Below, one piece after another: positions 32,301 to 38,748 of a DNA stretch of 64,000 nucleotides. The first letter of the stretch is position 1. Each line of letters begins with the position of its first letter. The stretch lies in assembly GCA_000092065.1 (NCBI GenBank), contig CP000582.1. One strand, written 5' to 3'. A program made the translations under genes and the position numbers. The DNA comes from Ostreococcus lucimarinus. Its lineage: Eukaryota. Below the pieces are notes generated by a model that ran no database searches, was not told the DNA's origin, and was given only the letters and a program-made list of their open reading frames with translations.

Positions 32301-35300
32301 ATGTCGTCGGACTCGAGCTCAAGCCCATGCGCCGTGGAAAAGCACTCGTGACAAAACAAACGCGCATGCTATACGCGCTTCGTTGGTTTGCTCTACAACC
32401 GTGCGTTCCTGGTCAAAAGCGCACGGTGAGCGATTTAGAATCGTGTGCCACGTGTGGCGTCTTGACAGCCGCGTGCGCCGTCCAGTGTAATACGGCGACG
32501 GGTATCGAAATTGAAACCATTCGCACAACAAGCAACGATGCCCTGCACGGCTTTGCTCGGACGGTTGGACAAGAAATAAAGCAGCTTCGTACGGAGAGTG
32601 TTAGGTTCGACGGCGCGCGCACGCGGTACGTTGCGTCCGCAGATGCTTCGTTAAAGTTTGTCGGCGAATCGTATGATGTCCTCGTGCAGGCGAATATGAC
32701 GTACGGCTCACGTGTACGCAAGGCGCAAAATGTGATCAAACCGCCTTCCCGAAAGTCTCTCACTCTCGAAGTGCGTATCCCCCGTCAAGCTCCAAAGACG
32801 CTGCGCGTGATGATCACTGGTGGCTTGGGCGCCATCGGTGTCGAGTACGCGACACATGTGAACTCATCCACGATTGACGCTCGCGTGCGTCTTTTGGGTC
32901 GTTCTGGGCGCGGAGCGGAATTCGATGGACGTACATTCTCTTCGGTGCACGCGTGCAAATGTGACGCGGGATTTAGCGAAGATGTCAAACCTGTGGTATA
33001 TCACCAATGCGATGAGATTCTTCACGCGGCGGGCGTGTTACGTGACGGGTTAATTCGTTTTCAAAGTGCACTGTCAGTAAGAGTTGTCATCGGTGCGAAA
33101 GTTAACTCTTGGCAAACACTCGAATCACATCTCGTGGGTGCGATGGTACGACGCATAGTGCACTGTTCTTCGATCGCAGCTCTCACAGGCTCGAGTGGGC
33201 AGTCGAACTATTCCGCCGCGAACGCGTGTTTGGATTCAATCGCCGACTTTGCGAGATTTCGAGGCGACTCTATCAGCTCAATGCAATTTGGAGCGTGGTC
33301 GAACGCCGGTATGGCAGAGGCGCGGGTTTTAGAAAAGGTTAACTCGATGGGTTTCGGTGTCGTCACCCCTGAACTTGGCATGCGCGCTCTGGAGAGAGTC
33401 ATGTCGAGACAAGGCATCGGTAACGTCATCGCGACACCGTACGATTTCAAAAAGTTTGCAGAAGCTTTACCTGTCATACCGAGGATGTATCGAGACGTCG
33501 CCGTGAAGCAAAAACAGAAAACATCGAAGAAACAGCGCAAACACGTGGGCGGAGGCGCTGCGCGCTTGAGCGTCGCCGTCGTTCGTAGAAAAATTCAGCA
33601 GATTGCGACGCAAGTCATCGGAAGAGAAATAGGCTTGGACGAACCTCTCATGGACGCTGGGCTGGATAGTCTCGGAGGGCAGGAAATGAAGGCGCAGATT
33701 GAAGATGAATTTGCCGTCGAACTTCCCGCGACGGCCGCGTTTGATTACCCCACGGTTTCAGTGTTGGGGGATTTCGTCGCAGGGGAACTGGGCGCCGGCG
33801 ATGTTGATGAAGATGAAGACACAGCGGAAGGCTCTGGAATCTCAATCGCAGACGTTCAATCGCGCGTACTACAAATTGCCTGTCAAGTGATCGGTCGAGA
33901 TGTTGACCCGAACGAGCCGTTGATGGATTCGGGACTCGACAGTCTCGGCGGTCAAGAGATGAAGCAACAAATCGAAGATGAATTTGACATCGAGCTCCCA
34001 CCCACCGTGGTATTCGATTACCCGACCATTAAAGACTTGGCGACGTTCGTCGCTGACGAAATTGGAGCCACGGCTGCGACAAAGAAGTCACCAACCATCG
34101 TCGTCGCGTCGTCGTTGAAACACGTTGCAGTGCGGAACTTTGATCTTACCGCGCCTCACCCTCCCGATGCCGACGCGATTCGTCGCGTTCCATACCACAG
34201 ATGGGATCACGACTTTTATCAAGAAGCCGTGCAAGAGTACCACTCCTCTCGCGTGAGCGGCTACAACTTGCACGTCGCTCCGTTTGGTGGATTCATGACC
34301 AATTATATCTCGTTCGACAACCGGGCATTTGCGATTTCGGCGTTAGAAGCGCTCTACATGGACGTTCAGCAAAGATCTCTTCTAGAAGGCACGTTCCAAG
34401 CGACGACTGCTGGAACTTTCGCCGTCACTAGCGAAGACACGCTCGAAGGCTCGCTATCGTCTGGCGTCTGGGTCGGGATCGCCGCGTGCGATTACGCAGA
34501 TGAGGTATTGCGAAGGTATGAACACGCGCTTCATCCGTATTTGGTGAGCGGTACTTCTCTCAACGTCGCCGCTGGACGCATTTCGTACGTGTTCAACTTT
34601 AAAGGGCCCTCTGTGAGCGTAGATACTGCGTGTAGCTCCTCCATTGTCACGACGCACTCGGCGTTTATCAGTATGAGATCTTCAGAAATCGGTCGAGCAG
34701 TGTCTTGCGGAGTGCAAGCGATTCTCAGTGAGCACATCACTGGTGTTTTCCACTCTTCAGGAATGCTCGCGCCTGATGGCAGATGTAAAACGCTTGATGC
34801 GAGTGCCGACGGTTACGTCAGAGGCGAGGCTCGAGGCGTGCTCGCCCTCGAAGCCGTTGACGCGAGTGAAGCGGTGAATGTCACGAATGTTTTACTAGCC
34901 GGAGCGGCAGTAAATCAAGACGGGCGGAGTTCTTCGTTGACTGCTCCAAATGGACCGACTCAGAAGACTGTCATTCGCGCCGCCATTAGTACAGCTTCCG
35001 CGATGACGCGAGACGTGGACGTTCTGCAACTACACGGAACTGGCACCGCGCTGGGCGATCCAATTGAGATTGGAGCAGCGCTGAGCGCTCTCGAAAGATT
35101 ACCTGCAGATCGCGCTTTTACGTTGGAAGCAGTAAAAACGCACGTCGGACACACTGAAACAGCGGCAGGGGCGGTATCGTTGGTGCAAGAGACGAAAAAG
35201 TTGGCCGGCTGTGCTACGTCGCTCGTCGCGCACTTGCGCTTGGTAAGCCCACATTTGCTGGGTTTGTTTGCCAGTGCCCAAACGAATGGCACACACATCG

Positions 35301-36616
35301 CCCGACAGTTTTCAGCTCGTTTGGCATCACTCGTTAGCGTTTCGGGCTTCGCCTTTCAAGGCACGAACGCAAACGCTGTCCTACGATTGAACTCTTCAAA
35401 ATTGCCCGCGCCGCGTCATTGTCCCAAAGCCATCTTTCATCGATCGCGCTTCTGGCCACTTCCAGAGCTCCACGTCCACTTGAAGACGTTTGATGGCAGC
35501 AACGATGCCGTTACTTTTCGGTTTACCGCGTGTGTTGACGCGAGATTACATTCGCATTTGCTCGGTTGCAAAACTTCCGCGCGAGAAGCCATCTTTCCGA
35601 GTGCCGGTTTCCTTGAACTCGCGTGCGCGGCTTCACGAATATTCGATCGCGAACCCATGGCGTGCGACGCGGCCGTCTTCGCACCTCTAGCCTTACGTAC
35701 GAATGGCGTGTACTTCTTCACAGTGGCCGTGAACGCGAAATCGGGGGAAGTCGAGGCGAAGGAGTCTTTGGACCAAGGCGAGGCGTGTATGCAATGCCGA
35801 GTTCGTCGCACAGATTTGGCGTCGAGGCGAACAGCCCCCGGTCCCGTTTCATCATTGCTCGTCGGGCGTTCGGATTCATCGAATAGAACTGTTCGAGCAC
35901 GCGTCAAGGCGAGGAGCGAGCAATCGCACTTCGAATATCGCATAGATCCTTGTGCGCTCGAGAGCTCGTTCGCCGCGAGATCGGCGATGCGCGATCCGGG
36001 CGTGCTCCGGGCGTGCGCTAGGCACTACACCACGCCTCGGACGGCAGCGATGTCTATGATCGCGACCATATGTGATCATGCACACACAATGAACGAAGTT
36101 TACACGATCGGTGTCGTATTCAAGAGGCCGTTTGATCGAGTTTACCGACTCATCAGACAAACGTTCGCGGCGACACCCGAAGCGACGACTTCACTTCGCC
36201 GTGAAGTTGTGGCGCCGTTACCGCCGCTCGAATCGCTCGAATCAATCCAGCGTAAAATCTATGCGCATTGTTCGCGAATTACAGGCGCCTCGTCGATCGC
36301 GGGCGGCGACGCGCTCGTCGATCTTGGCATGGATTCCTTGGCGGCGGCGGAGTTGCGTGCGGCAATTCAAAACGAGTTCGGAATGTTGCTCCCCATTCAC
36401 GCCGCGTTCGAGTGTCCCACCGCCGATGCACTCGCGAGTTACATCGTTCGCGAACATACAAAAAAGCGAAAAGCGGAGACCGCGGGCGCAACGCGACCGG
36501 CGTCGACTGTTGAAGGCGAGACGGTTCGTTGGCTTGTCGTTATCGCGGTTATCGTCGTCGTGATGGTTTTACACATCGTAAAGTTGACGAGAGCAGTCTC
36601 GCTCGAAGATGCTTGA
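21215..36616 (+). CDS. Giant modular type I polyketide synthase, AT-less (trans-AT-like). Domain order: adenylation-ACP; KS-X-KR-ACP; KS-DH-KR-ACP; KS-DH-KR-ACP-ACP; KS-DH-ACP; C-terminal hydrophobic helix
   Basis: A single ORF is open from a GTG at 21098 and the first ATG is at 21215 (5133 aa). Adenylation motifs are FTSGTTGAPK, YGATEA, GEVLVRGP and PKSPTGKVLK. The four KS domains have active-site Cys codons at 23897, 27350, 30839 and 34631 (DTACSS/TS), each with HGTGTxLGDPIE and VGHxExAAG. The three KR domains have GGLGxxG and YSAANA/YAAANA. The three DH domains read HAHLLDHVVAERPLYPGAGFQE, HAHLLHHRVFDRALYPGAGFQE and HSHLLGC...FPSAGFLE. ACPs carry GLDSL/GMDSL. No GHSxG acyltransferase motif occurs anywhere in the ORF. 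Confidence 0.9.
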   Translation: MSSSSSSSWSRDPFLGMLPRSTKLIPKVSIPTAIVEDVISPWRALDDRCKTSPESRASIAVVDSSSRGVDAAHSVVEFSYRALRLEARTLASQLEQNHGIRKGDSVCCFLDNTAASIIASYAIAGLGARRVDINTRLSARETASRLKVANVRVIIAGDAYANKIASAVYSLMIDYSDLNGTDEPMSILYAAAPGASSMAELALPNYDTEQLAEFMDMMVESTRLCFDVYSAHRGGVDVVSGGGTDTYDAFLSESDEPCLGLLSQLERGDALCWTPRLAEEALLDCDFQVMFTSGTTGAPKVVTHTQRQVMLHAKSVAQCCAFASHDVWLHVAPLFHAMDAFAMYACVLVGAKQVCTASEIFDVKTTLQTMKDAGVTLTALTSTHLRMLVSDPAFAVSAKHLRMLSVGGSAVPVDLVASLKYQCPQCTYFTDYGATEACGKICTTLGAPSSSIESLARAGHAMPLFDVCVVKDSTSMESVEWNDVTRGEVLVRGPTVIGTFDGKWHTVGDVATVDASGSVKIVDRLSDIIIVGGENVYSSEVEAVLLERPEIEECAVFGMPDKVLGEVVCAAIVLNSRQASLNSSEVTKHCSSRLADFKRPQRLTIVESLPKSPTGKVLKLKLQAQLATRSHEDGTRPHAELSDVVRQEFIHAMDWNDDREIDTKQTFSSLGVRSTQAVSFANLLSDRLGLDLPSTLMFDHPNLNSVINFVAGRTMIRRSASSITQKHAPLSFSSVFVTEISDEFPHGEIDAQTVIPLRRFDVEHHFSCGDDFATAPLGSIDVRFAALLANFDEEDLLACELSPVEASYVDPQHRILLRQTLPVLHFSNQSADVVTGVFVGCMWADDYSNVLSSFQCVFVSPNATLGIGSGLAFLSGRISFSANLSGPAIGCDTACSSSLVACSLGLSSMMKFECDSSLCAGTNLLLFVNTHSKICRLNALAMDGRCKTLDYAADGYGRSEGVGSCLLSVENGNPCHGTLVYVGVNQDARSAALVAPRGAAQSAVIAETCSRCVGQLTVYELHGTGTQLGDPIEISALREALECTEIDLVAISITSVKASFGHSEGSAGIAGLLSAIISDKNRQRMPIHHLIHLNPHVAEISNGLSTPFSFGRVLSAGVRINQRNGRGEHSGVSAFGMSGTNASALLRSAVRSEQIKRTNRRILLDLATWCSIDPPTFPALFSFCVASDNVLFQIRIDARIYSGAFDMSIQHMKFFPSGHCVETARQCASTLGQRSAVVNSFTIHSPLRLAENRGTDVVVTVDKRSGFVTTGSADALVKYATCRFTIPVHSIPPKGARWNAVRATPPTTITASIQRTQKVRTDCIDPIYLESLFQINSALRLGATLLGSLNAYCTLTRFPPHGHLSVTMAGECGNLASATRMTGLTLHRVRANAFTSARRISDMLYHVSWCAAGVATASGRTHQSLRLINLTAKACDAVCAGLSAIQSFDDASISAVSAEVMPLACRGDALLALVRTAAQELPTIRFAGIRCAENASSYDARAKSYAPGAACDIKIDAQVVYEQRLSRVNMESSTSENQTSYAVLITGGLGGVGFHMAKWLLSHESSSFTNLLSRIGRQNVSFGDIDGKSALIIRRCDLSDHEDVVEVLKSTKMRAPLRKILHASGIILDNTLAKQNHDGVKQVFAAKVSAFENIEMCVGCLEAVHTSVVCSSIASTFGSPGQSNYSAANAVLDFYAISSQYHGRPLSSVQWGAWCSVGMASRGGSYIARAERVGFGTITPDEGVDVLRRIFTGWTTSIVASPFDWNKMVKNAPMFTMLESFLGTSGHKIAQPKVIEDKERIRFRVRSIVESILGGSPDADAPLASSGLDSLSANELKMEIDAEFGVQTPATLVYDYPSINTLSACVVSVLQPSIKLVEEYHSPQMNMTAQTDICGVILGGDIRTAATMRFPVDAISIAPYGRWDNNFWMDARNMTFPFSSAFMVHFTEFDNDLFGIPGVETLLLDPQQRTLLEGAFAVVDISSQQDDTTVWVGITVSQYKTDVINVYWAPAFHSSMGTGSLPSVAAGRLSYVFSMSGASMSVDTACSSSLVACSLAFDSLRKQCLGSSALVCGTVAMMSVSGTIDRHYANMLSVECRCKTLDASADGFIEGEATGIMSMTSALRASGEGVSISGTAVNQDGHSASLTAPNGPAQTRVIREALCSANMQGEEMESISLHGTGTPLGDPIELGAALGALQDCKKLMLDAVKSHVGHCETAAGIVALLRAHATVSDSIAHPVLHLRSLNQHCSSIIQTSDTNAPIVIPRQKVDANFKTMGISAFAFQGTNAHAIQRLNSGTVRAAVSRFAFHRREFWPLPTLHPHILSCTASTSDFARFCGRVEPRGHAHLLDHVVAERPLYPGAGFQELCAASARLMFAINVVAVESVVPAPLVMRTRELTLFTVSTELRKGEIRIQTKSGAVTHTKCFARRACAQPPQQASLKLLMKSVMPRSCASVHVPDWHLGYVVHPASLDASLQLAAVVDLTNTEVKVPVGAKAYVSVKSSSNAPTHFASLLKSNHSLERSRIVGLQVKTMRRTASRAAAHMPASKDTYTLRWFVVRSTGRSSKCVHLTLRKWIVTKSVTCATIGLAQNLASSRAAALNADRARAMEAVRAIVRTVAQEVQGVQFESTRHRAEDSHYVERSSTAAFVQGAPHEVSVDALALSEPRLRRAVVVDKWSRKHHLNQRIFARGDTSEKYIFITGGLGAIGMEVAREFERRSWRVVLLSRNGRAQAFGERRGSLVNAIKCDTSCSDSPSIRSCSLFCVDNTERYVLHAAGVLCDALLNQTTARSVFATMGAKLLSSNLAYAKVTRAVVLCSSIAALTGNPGQTNYAAANALLDADAREQRSFGDSYFSVQWGGWANVGMAASNPAVVQRLVRIGAGAVDPKFGVDIIVKVFHGLIPHESIAVSPFNWRQISKSLPAFGIFKDVVECAHSTTTTEVKPPRVGTSALAMQTMSKRDVEIKISSLVRALVGREVAVNAPLMEAGLDSQAAGELKNELDVAFGVEVPAVAVYDYPTIAALSSYIASGTQIVENFESSPTVAEHFLNDVVAHISGAELLVPTHSGDGITRVPMHRWDNSWWWDREQIFIPSFSGFLIGYELFDTTLFGIASTEALLMDVQQRSILEGVASTRLASHEIKDDALEGDSCGVYVAISSMQYQVEVLDKFWSNQFSPYIATGNTLSVAAGRVSFIYGLRGPSFSIDTACSTSIVATHLCVEGLRSFDCTSGIVAGVISILGPGVTTIFFSSGMLSQSGRCKTLDASADGYVRGEARGVFLVHGMESHAISSGVAIVGSSINQDGRSSGLTAPNGPSQQAVMKQALRASRANGAEIDKLQMHGTGTPLGDPIEVGATAAVLQRQSGEPLTLEAIKSHVGHTETASGMVALMQPLLSLVDSDVEKILHLRWVNPHIASIVGKGAFVSSPRQNFPRNAKLAGVSSFAFQGTNANSIQRVTMGDKLRHPIVSPAFVRETFYPLPKLHPQIHAFSKTFKRGDTLRFCAKVNVRTHAHLLHHRVFDRALYPGAGFQELAGGAARTFDAKSATILNSAVPAPLQMSLLKDTVFDVRILAPSGRLDVHSANIIFMKCYVRLHDNCRCESVTTSSKSFTKRAKTTKISLAKIHSLTTERHVEYFVHPTCLDSTLQLGAVMNAGSSETKVPVGVHAYAAQQISVKRRSLHASASNSSGNYVLERANVVGLELKPMRRGKALVTKQTRMLYALRWFALQPCVPGQKRTVSDLESCATCGVLTAACAVQCNTATGIEIETIRTTSNDALHGFARTVGQEIKQLRTESVRFDGARTRYVASADASLKFVGESYDVLVQANMTYGSRVRKAQNVIKPPSRKSLTLEVRIPRQAPKTLRVMITGGLGAIGVEYATHVNSSTIDARVRLLGRSGRGAEFDGRTFSSVHACKCDAGFSEDVKPVVYHQCDEILHAAGVLRDGLIRFQSALSVRVVIGAKVNSWQTLESHLVGAMVRRIVHCSSIAALTGSSGQSNYSAANACLDSIADFARFRGDSISSMQFGAWSNAGMAEARVLEKVNSMGFGVVTPELGMRALERVMSRQGIGNVIATPYDFKKFAEALPVIPRMYRDVAVKQKQKTSKKQRKHVGGGAARLSVAVVRRKIQQIATQVIGREIGLDEPLMDAGLDSLGGQEMKAQIEDEFAVELPATAAFDYPTVSVLGDFVAGELGAGDVDEDEDTAEGSGISIADVQSRVLQIACQVIGRDVDPNEPLMDSGLDSLGGQEMKQQIEDEFDIELPPTVVFDYPTIKDLATFVADEIGATAATKKSPTIVVASSLKHVAVRNFDLTAPHPPDADAIRRVPYHRWDHDFYQEAVQEYHSSRVSGYNLHVAPFGGFMTNYISFDNRAFAISALEALYMDVQQRSLLEGTFQATTAGTFAVTSEDTLEGSLSSGVWVGIAACDYADEVLRRYEHALHPYLVSGTSLNVAAGRISYVFNFKGPSVSVDTACSSSIVTTHSAFISMRSSEIGRAVSCGVQAILSEHITGVFHSSGMLAPDGRCKTLDASADGYVRGEARGVLALEAVDASEAVNVTNVLLAGAAVNQDGRSSSLTAPNGPTQKTVIRAAISTASAMTRDVDVLQLHGTGTALGDPIEIGAALSALERLPADRAFTLEAVKTHVGHTETAAGAVSLVQETKKLAGCATSLVAHLRLVSPHLLGLFASAQTNGTHIARQFSARLASLVSVSGFAFQGTNANAVLRLNSSKLPAPRHCPKAIFHRSRFWPLPELHVHLKTFDGSNDAVTFRFTACVDARLHSHLLGCKTSAREAIFPSAGFLELACAASRIFDREPMACDAAVFAPLALRTNGVYFFTVAVNAKSGEVEAKESLDQGEACMQCRVRRTDLASRRTAPGPVSSLLVGRSDSSNRTVRARVKARSEQSHFEYRIDPCALESSFAARSAMRDPGVLRACARHYTTPRTAAMSMIATICDHAHTMNEVYTIGVVFKRPFDRVYRLIRQTFAATPEATTSLRREVVAPLPPLESLESIQRKIYAHCSRITGASSIAGGDALVDLGMDSLAAAELRAAIQNEFGMLLPIHAAFECPTADALASYIVREHTKKRKAETAGATRPASTVEGETVRWLVVIAVIVVVMVLHIVKLTRAVSLEDA
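23400..26830 (+). other. PKS module 1: KS, then an approximately 390-aa domain of unclear type, then KR and ACP
   Basis: KS is about 23400-24690. KR runs from about 25840 (VLITGGLGGVGF, YSAANAVLD). The ACP GLDSLSANE is at about 26690. The region 24700-25830 has no acyltransferase signature and no canonical DH signature. Confidence 0.7.
26900..30310 (+). other. PKS module 2: KS-DH-KR-ACP
   Basis: KS about 26900-28100. The DH motif is at 28250. KR is at 29310-29900 (IFITGGLGAIGMEV). The ACP GLDSQAAGE is at about 30190. Confidence 0.75.
30380..34060 (+). other. PKS module 3: KS-DH-KR-ACP-ACP (tandem carrier doublet)
   Basis: KS about 30380-31580. DH is at 31740. KR is at 32800-33400. Two near-identical carriers are at about 33660 and 33930 (GLDSLGGQEMKAQIEDEF and GLDSLGGQEMKQQIEDEF). 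Confidence 0.75.
34180..36450 (+). other. PKS module 4: KS-DH-ACP (no KR)
   Basis: KS about 34180-35400. DH is at about 35560. The ACP GMDSLAAAELRAAIQNEF is at about 36320. There is no room for, and no motif of, a KR between the DH and the ACP. Confidence 0.7.
36527..36595 (+). other. Predicted C-terminal transmembrane/tail-anchor helix of the PKS (WLVVIAVIVVVMVLHIV)
   Basis: A 17-23-residue, purely hydrophobic stretch lies 10 residues before the stop. No thioesterase or reductase domain follows the last ACP. Confidence 0.55.
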
Positions 36617-36637
36617 TCGAAATGTACGCGAAAATGC

Positions 36638-37456
36638 TCACAACTCCCATGATCCTCCTGCAAAACGCTGCTTCCGCGCGCGCTTTGAGATTCGAGGCGT
36701 CTGCGGGCTCTCAATTTCATCGCCAGAGGATTCGCGCGCCGTCTTCGTCATCGACGAACTCGTCGTCGTCGGTTTATATCTCTTCGTCGTGACGTTGATC
36801 TTTTCACGAACATCGCGAATGAACGATCTTCCAAACTTGAATTGCTTAGGCGGCTGCGCATGTGGAAACAAAGTTTCCCACTGCCGCTTACCGACCTCTC
36901 GTATCGTCTCATCGCCGACATCGGACGCGTCCACGGCCCGCACCGTCGCCGCGTCCAACTTCGCCCGCATCTCTTCCCACGTCATCTTGCGTTCGGGCTT
37001 TTTCGTTCGTCTCGCGCGCGGTCTCTCCGCGTCCGCATTCGGCGCAAATTCTCGCTTGACCACGAGTCCGAGTCCGAGTCCGCGTCGATCCGACGTCGTC
37101 TCGTCGTCCGACCACCCCGCGGCCAGCGCTTCGGCATCGCGCACCATTCGCTCCAACCGCTCCACCCGTCGTTTCGCGCGAGAGATTTGTTTCGAGAGCA
37201 GCTTCTCGCGCTCGACGAGCGATTCGCGTTCGCGTTCCAGCGAGTGTCTCGCCGTCGTCTGTTCTCGCAGCGCCGCGCGCGGCGCCCTCGCCGCGACCGC
37301 CGCGTTCTCGCCTCCACGCGCACCGCCCTCGTCCACGGGCACCACGAAAAGATCATTCGCGACGTCTTCCTCCGCGATCGCGGGCGCCGTCGCCTCCGCG
37401 TCCGCGCGCCACACGGCGTCCTCGAGCAGCACGGCCAACTCGGTCGCCGCCCCCAT
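36638..37456 (-). CDS. Hypothetical coiled-coil protein (272 aa)
   Basis: ATG at 37456 (MGAATELAVLLEDAVW...). A heptad-like segment is LERERESLVEREKLLSKQISRAKRRVERLERMVRDAEALAAGW. GC3 is about 60 %. It is convergent with the PKS, with the two stop codons 22 bp apart. The long upstream part of the same ORF is Arg-rich noise and was trimmed. Confidence 0.4.
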   Translation of the reverse strand: MGAATELAVLLEDAVWRADAEATAPAIAEEDVANDLFVVPVDEGGARGGENAAVAARAPRAALREQTTARHSLERERESLVEREKLLSKQISRAKRRVERLERMVRDAEALAAGWSDDETTSDRRGLGLGLVVKREFAPNADAERPRARRTKKPERKMTWEEMRAKLDAATVRAVDASDVGDETIREVGKRQWETLFPHAQPPKQFKFGRSFIRDVREKINVTTKRYKPTTTSSSMTKTARESSGDEIESPQTPRISKRARKQRFAGGSWEL

Positions 37457-38054
37457 GTCGGCGATCGGTCCGCGCGTCAGAGTGATTGACCTCGATCGAT
37501 CTTTCCCCGAGATCGATCGATCGACGGTGCGAGGTTCGTTGAATTTCGATGACCCAGGATTCGACCGACAGACCGAGCCCGCGCCTGCCGACGGCGACGT
37601 CCGCACACCCGCGCGACGATGTTCACCGTCTCCGCCCCCACGCACGCGAGCCTTCGGGCGTTCAAGCCGAACACGGTGCGTGCGAATGAATTCGTCGATC
37701 GCGCGCGCGCGATGGCGCGACGACGCGCGACGACGCGACGACGCGACGACGCGTCGCGATGCGTTATCGGGGCGCGACGCGCGGAGGGTTTCGGAAAGAA
37801 TTCGAACGCGACCGGACGCGCGAGACGCGGCGTGGACGTCGAGCGCGGGCGCGGGGACGCGCGTTAAAAAATCATGCGCGCGGTGCCGCCGTCGATGGCG
37901 TCGAGCGCAGAGCGCGCGCCGGAGGGGGGCGCGCGGGGCGATTCGAGGGTCTGGGGGTGTAGGGTTTTCGGGAAGCGCGCGTTTCCGCGCGCGTTTCCGC
38001 GCGCGTGCGTGCGATGACTGACGAGTGGTACGACGCGCGTTTTGCGATCGGTAG

Positions 38055-38585
38055 GTTTCGTCCAAGACCACGGCTGCGGTTCCGCGCTCGAGCGGCCGCG
38101 TCGGTCTCGTCGTCGAGGCGTACAAGAGAGCGGCGAAGAAGACGAAGGCGGTGCTCTTGAAGACGTCCGACGTCGGCCAAGAGGGCGACATGGTCGAGGT
38201 CTCTAACGGTTTCTTCCGCTCGTACCTCGAGCCGCAAGGTTTGGCGACCAAGGTGAGCCAAGAACTGATGGCTGAGTTCGAGGCGAAGGCTGCCGAGGCG
38301 GCGGCGGCCAAGGCGAAGGAAGTGCAAGACGCCAAGGCGCTCGCGACGGCGCTCACGACGATTGGCAAGTTTGTGGTGAAGAAGACTGTGGGTGAAGATG
38401 GCAAGATTTTCGGCTCCGTCTCGGCGGCTGATGTGGTCGAAGCGATCAAGGCTCAAACTGGCAAGGAGTTGGAAAAGAAGGCTTTTGACGTCCCCGACAT
38501 TTCCGCCGTCGGCGTCTACGAAATCAACGCCACGTTCCACAAGCAAGCGCAGTGCAAGTTCCAGCTCGAAGTTGCGAAGGATTAA
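38055..38585 (+). CDS. rpl9: Organellar ribosomal protein bL9 (L9), mature part; 5' exon with start codon not resolved
   Basis: KKTKAVLLKTSDVGQEGDMVEVSNGFFRSYLEPQGLA...GKIFGSVSAADVVEAIKAQTG...VYEINATFH aligns well with bacterial L9 (MKVILLKDV...GDxVEV...G.A). There is no in-frame ATG before the conserved N-terminus. The frame opens immediately after an AG at 38053-38054 that lies 32 nt downstream of an ATGACTGACGAG branch-like motif. A candidate exon 1 starts at ATG 37874 (aaaaaatcATG), with a donor at 37883 (GTGCCG) or 37949 (GTCTGG). Confidence 0.7.
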   Translation, partial: VSSKTTAAVPRSSGRVGLVVEAYKRAAKKTKAVLLKTSDVGQEGDMVEVSNGFFRSYLEPQGLATKVSQELMAEFEAKAAEAAAAKAKEVQDAKALATALTTIGKFVVKKTVGEDGKIFGSVSAADVVEAIKAQTGKELEKKAFDVPDISAVGVYEINATFHKQAQCKFQLEVAKD

Positions 38586-38748
38586 TTCGATCGATCACAC
38601 ACGATCACACATCGAATTCTTTTTCAAAACATTGTTTGAGTGCGAGCGCGCGCGGAGGGGAGGATAGAAAATCGCCGGCGACGACGAGTAGGATAATTCA
38701 ACGATTTCATGTAAAATGTTGGCTTCATTAAAACGTACAACCATTCAT

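Noticed and set aside
21098-36616. Search for cis acyltransferase domains (GHSxG / AFHS motifs) in the PKS.
   Set aside because: Every GH[ST]E match belongs to KS motifs (VGHxETAAG). The intervals between KS and DH or KR are too short or lack AT signatures, so I concluded the synthase is AT-less.
38014-38016. ATG at 38014 as the start codon of bL9.
   Set aside because: It is out of frame with the conserved L9 reading frame and is followed by a stop. It lies inside the ATGACTGACGAG branch-point-like motif of the upstream intron.
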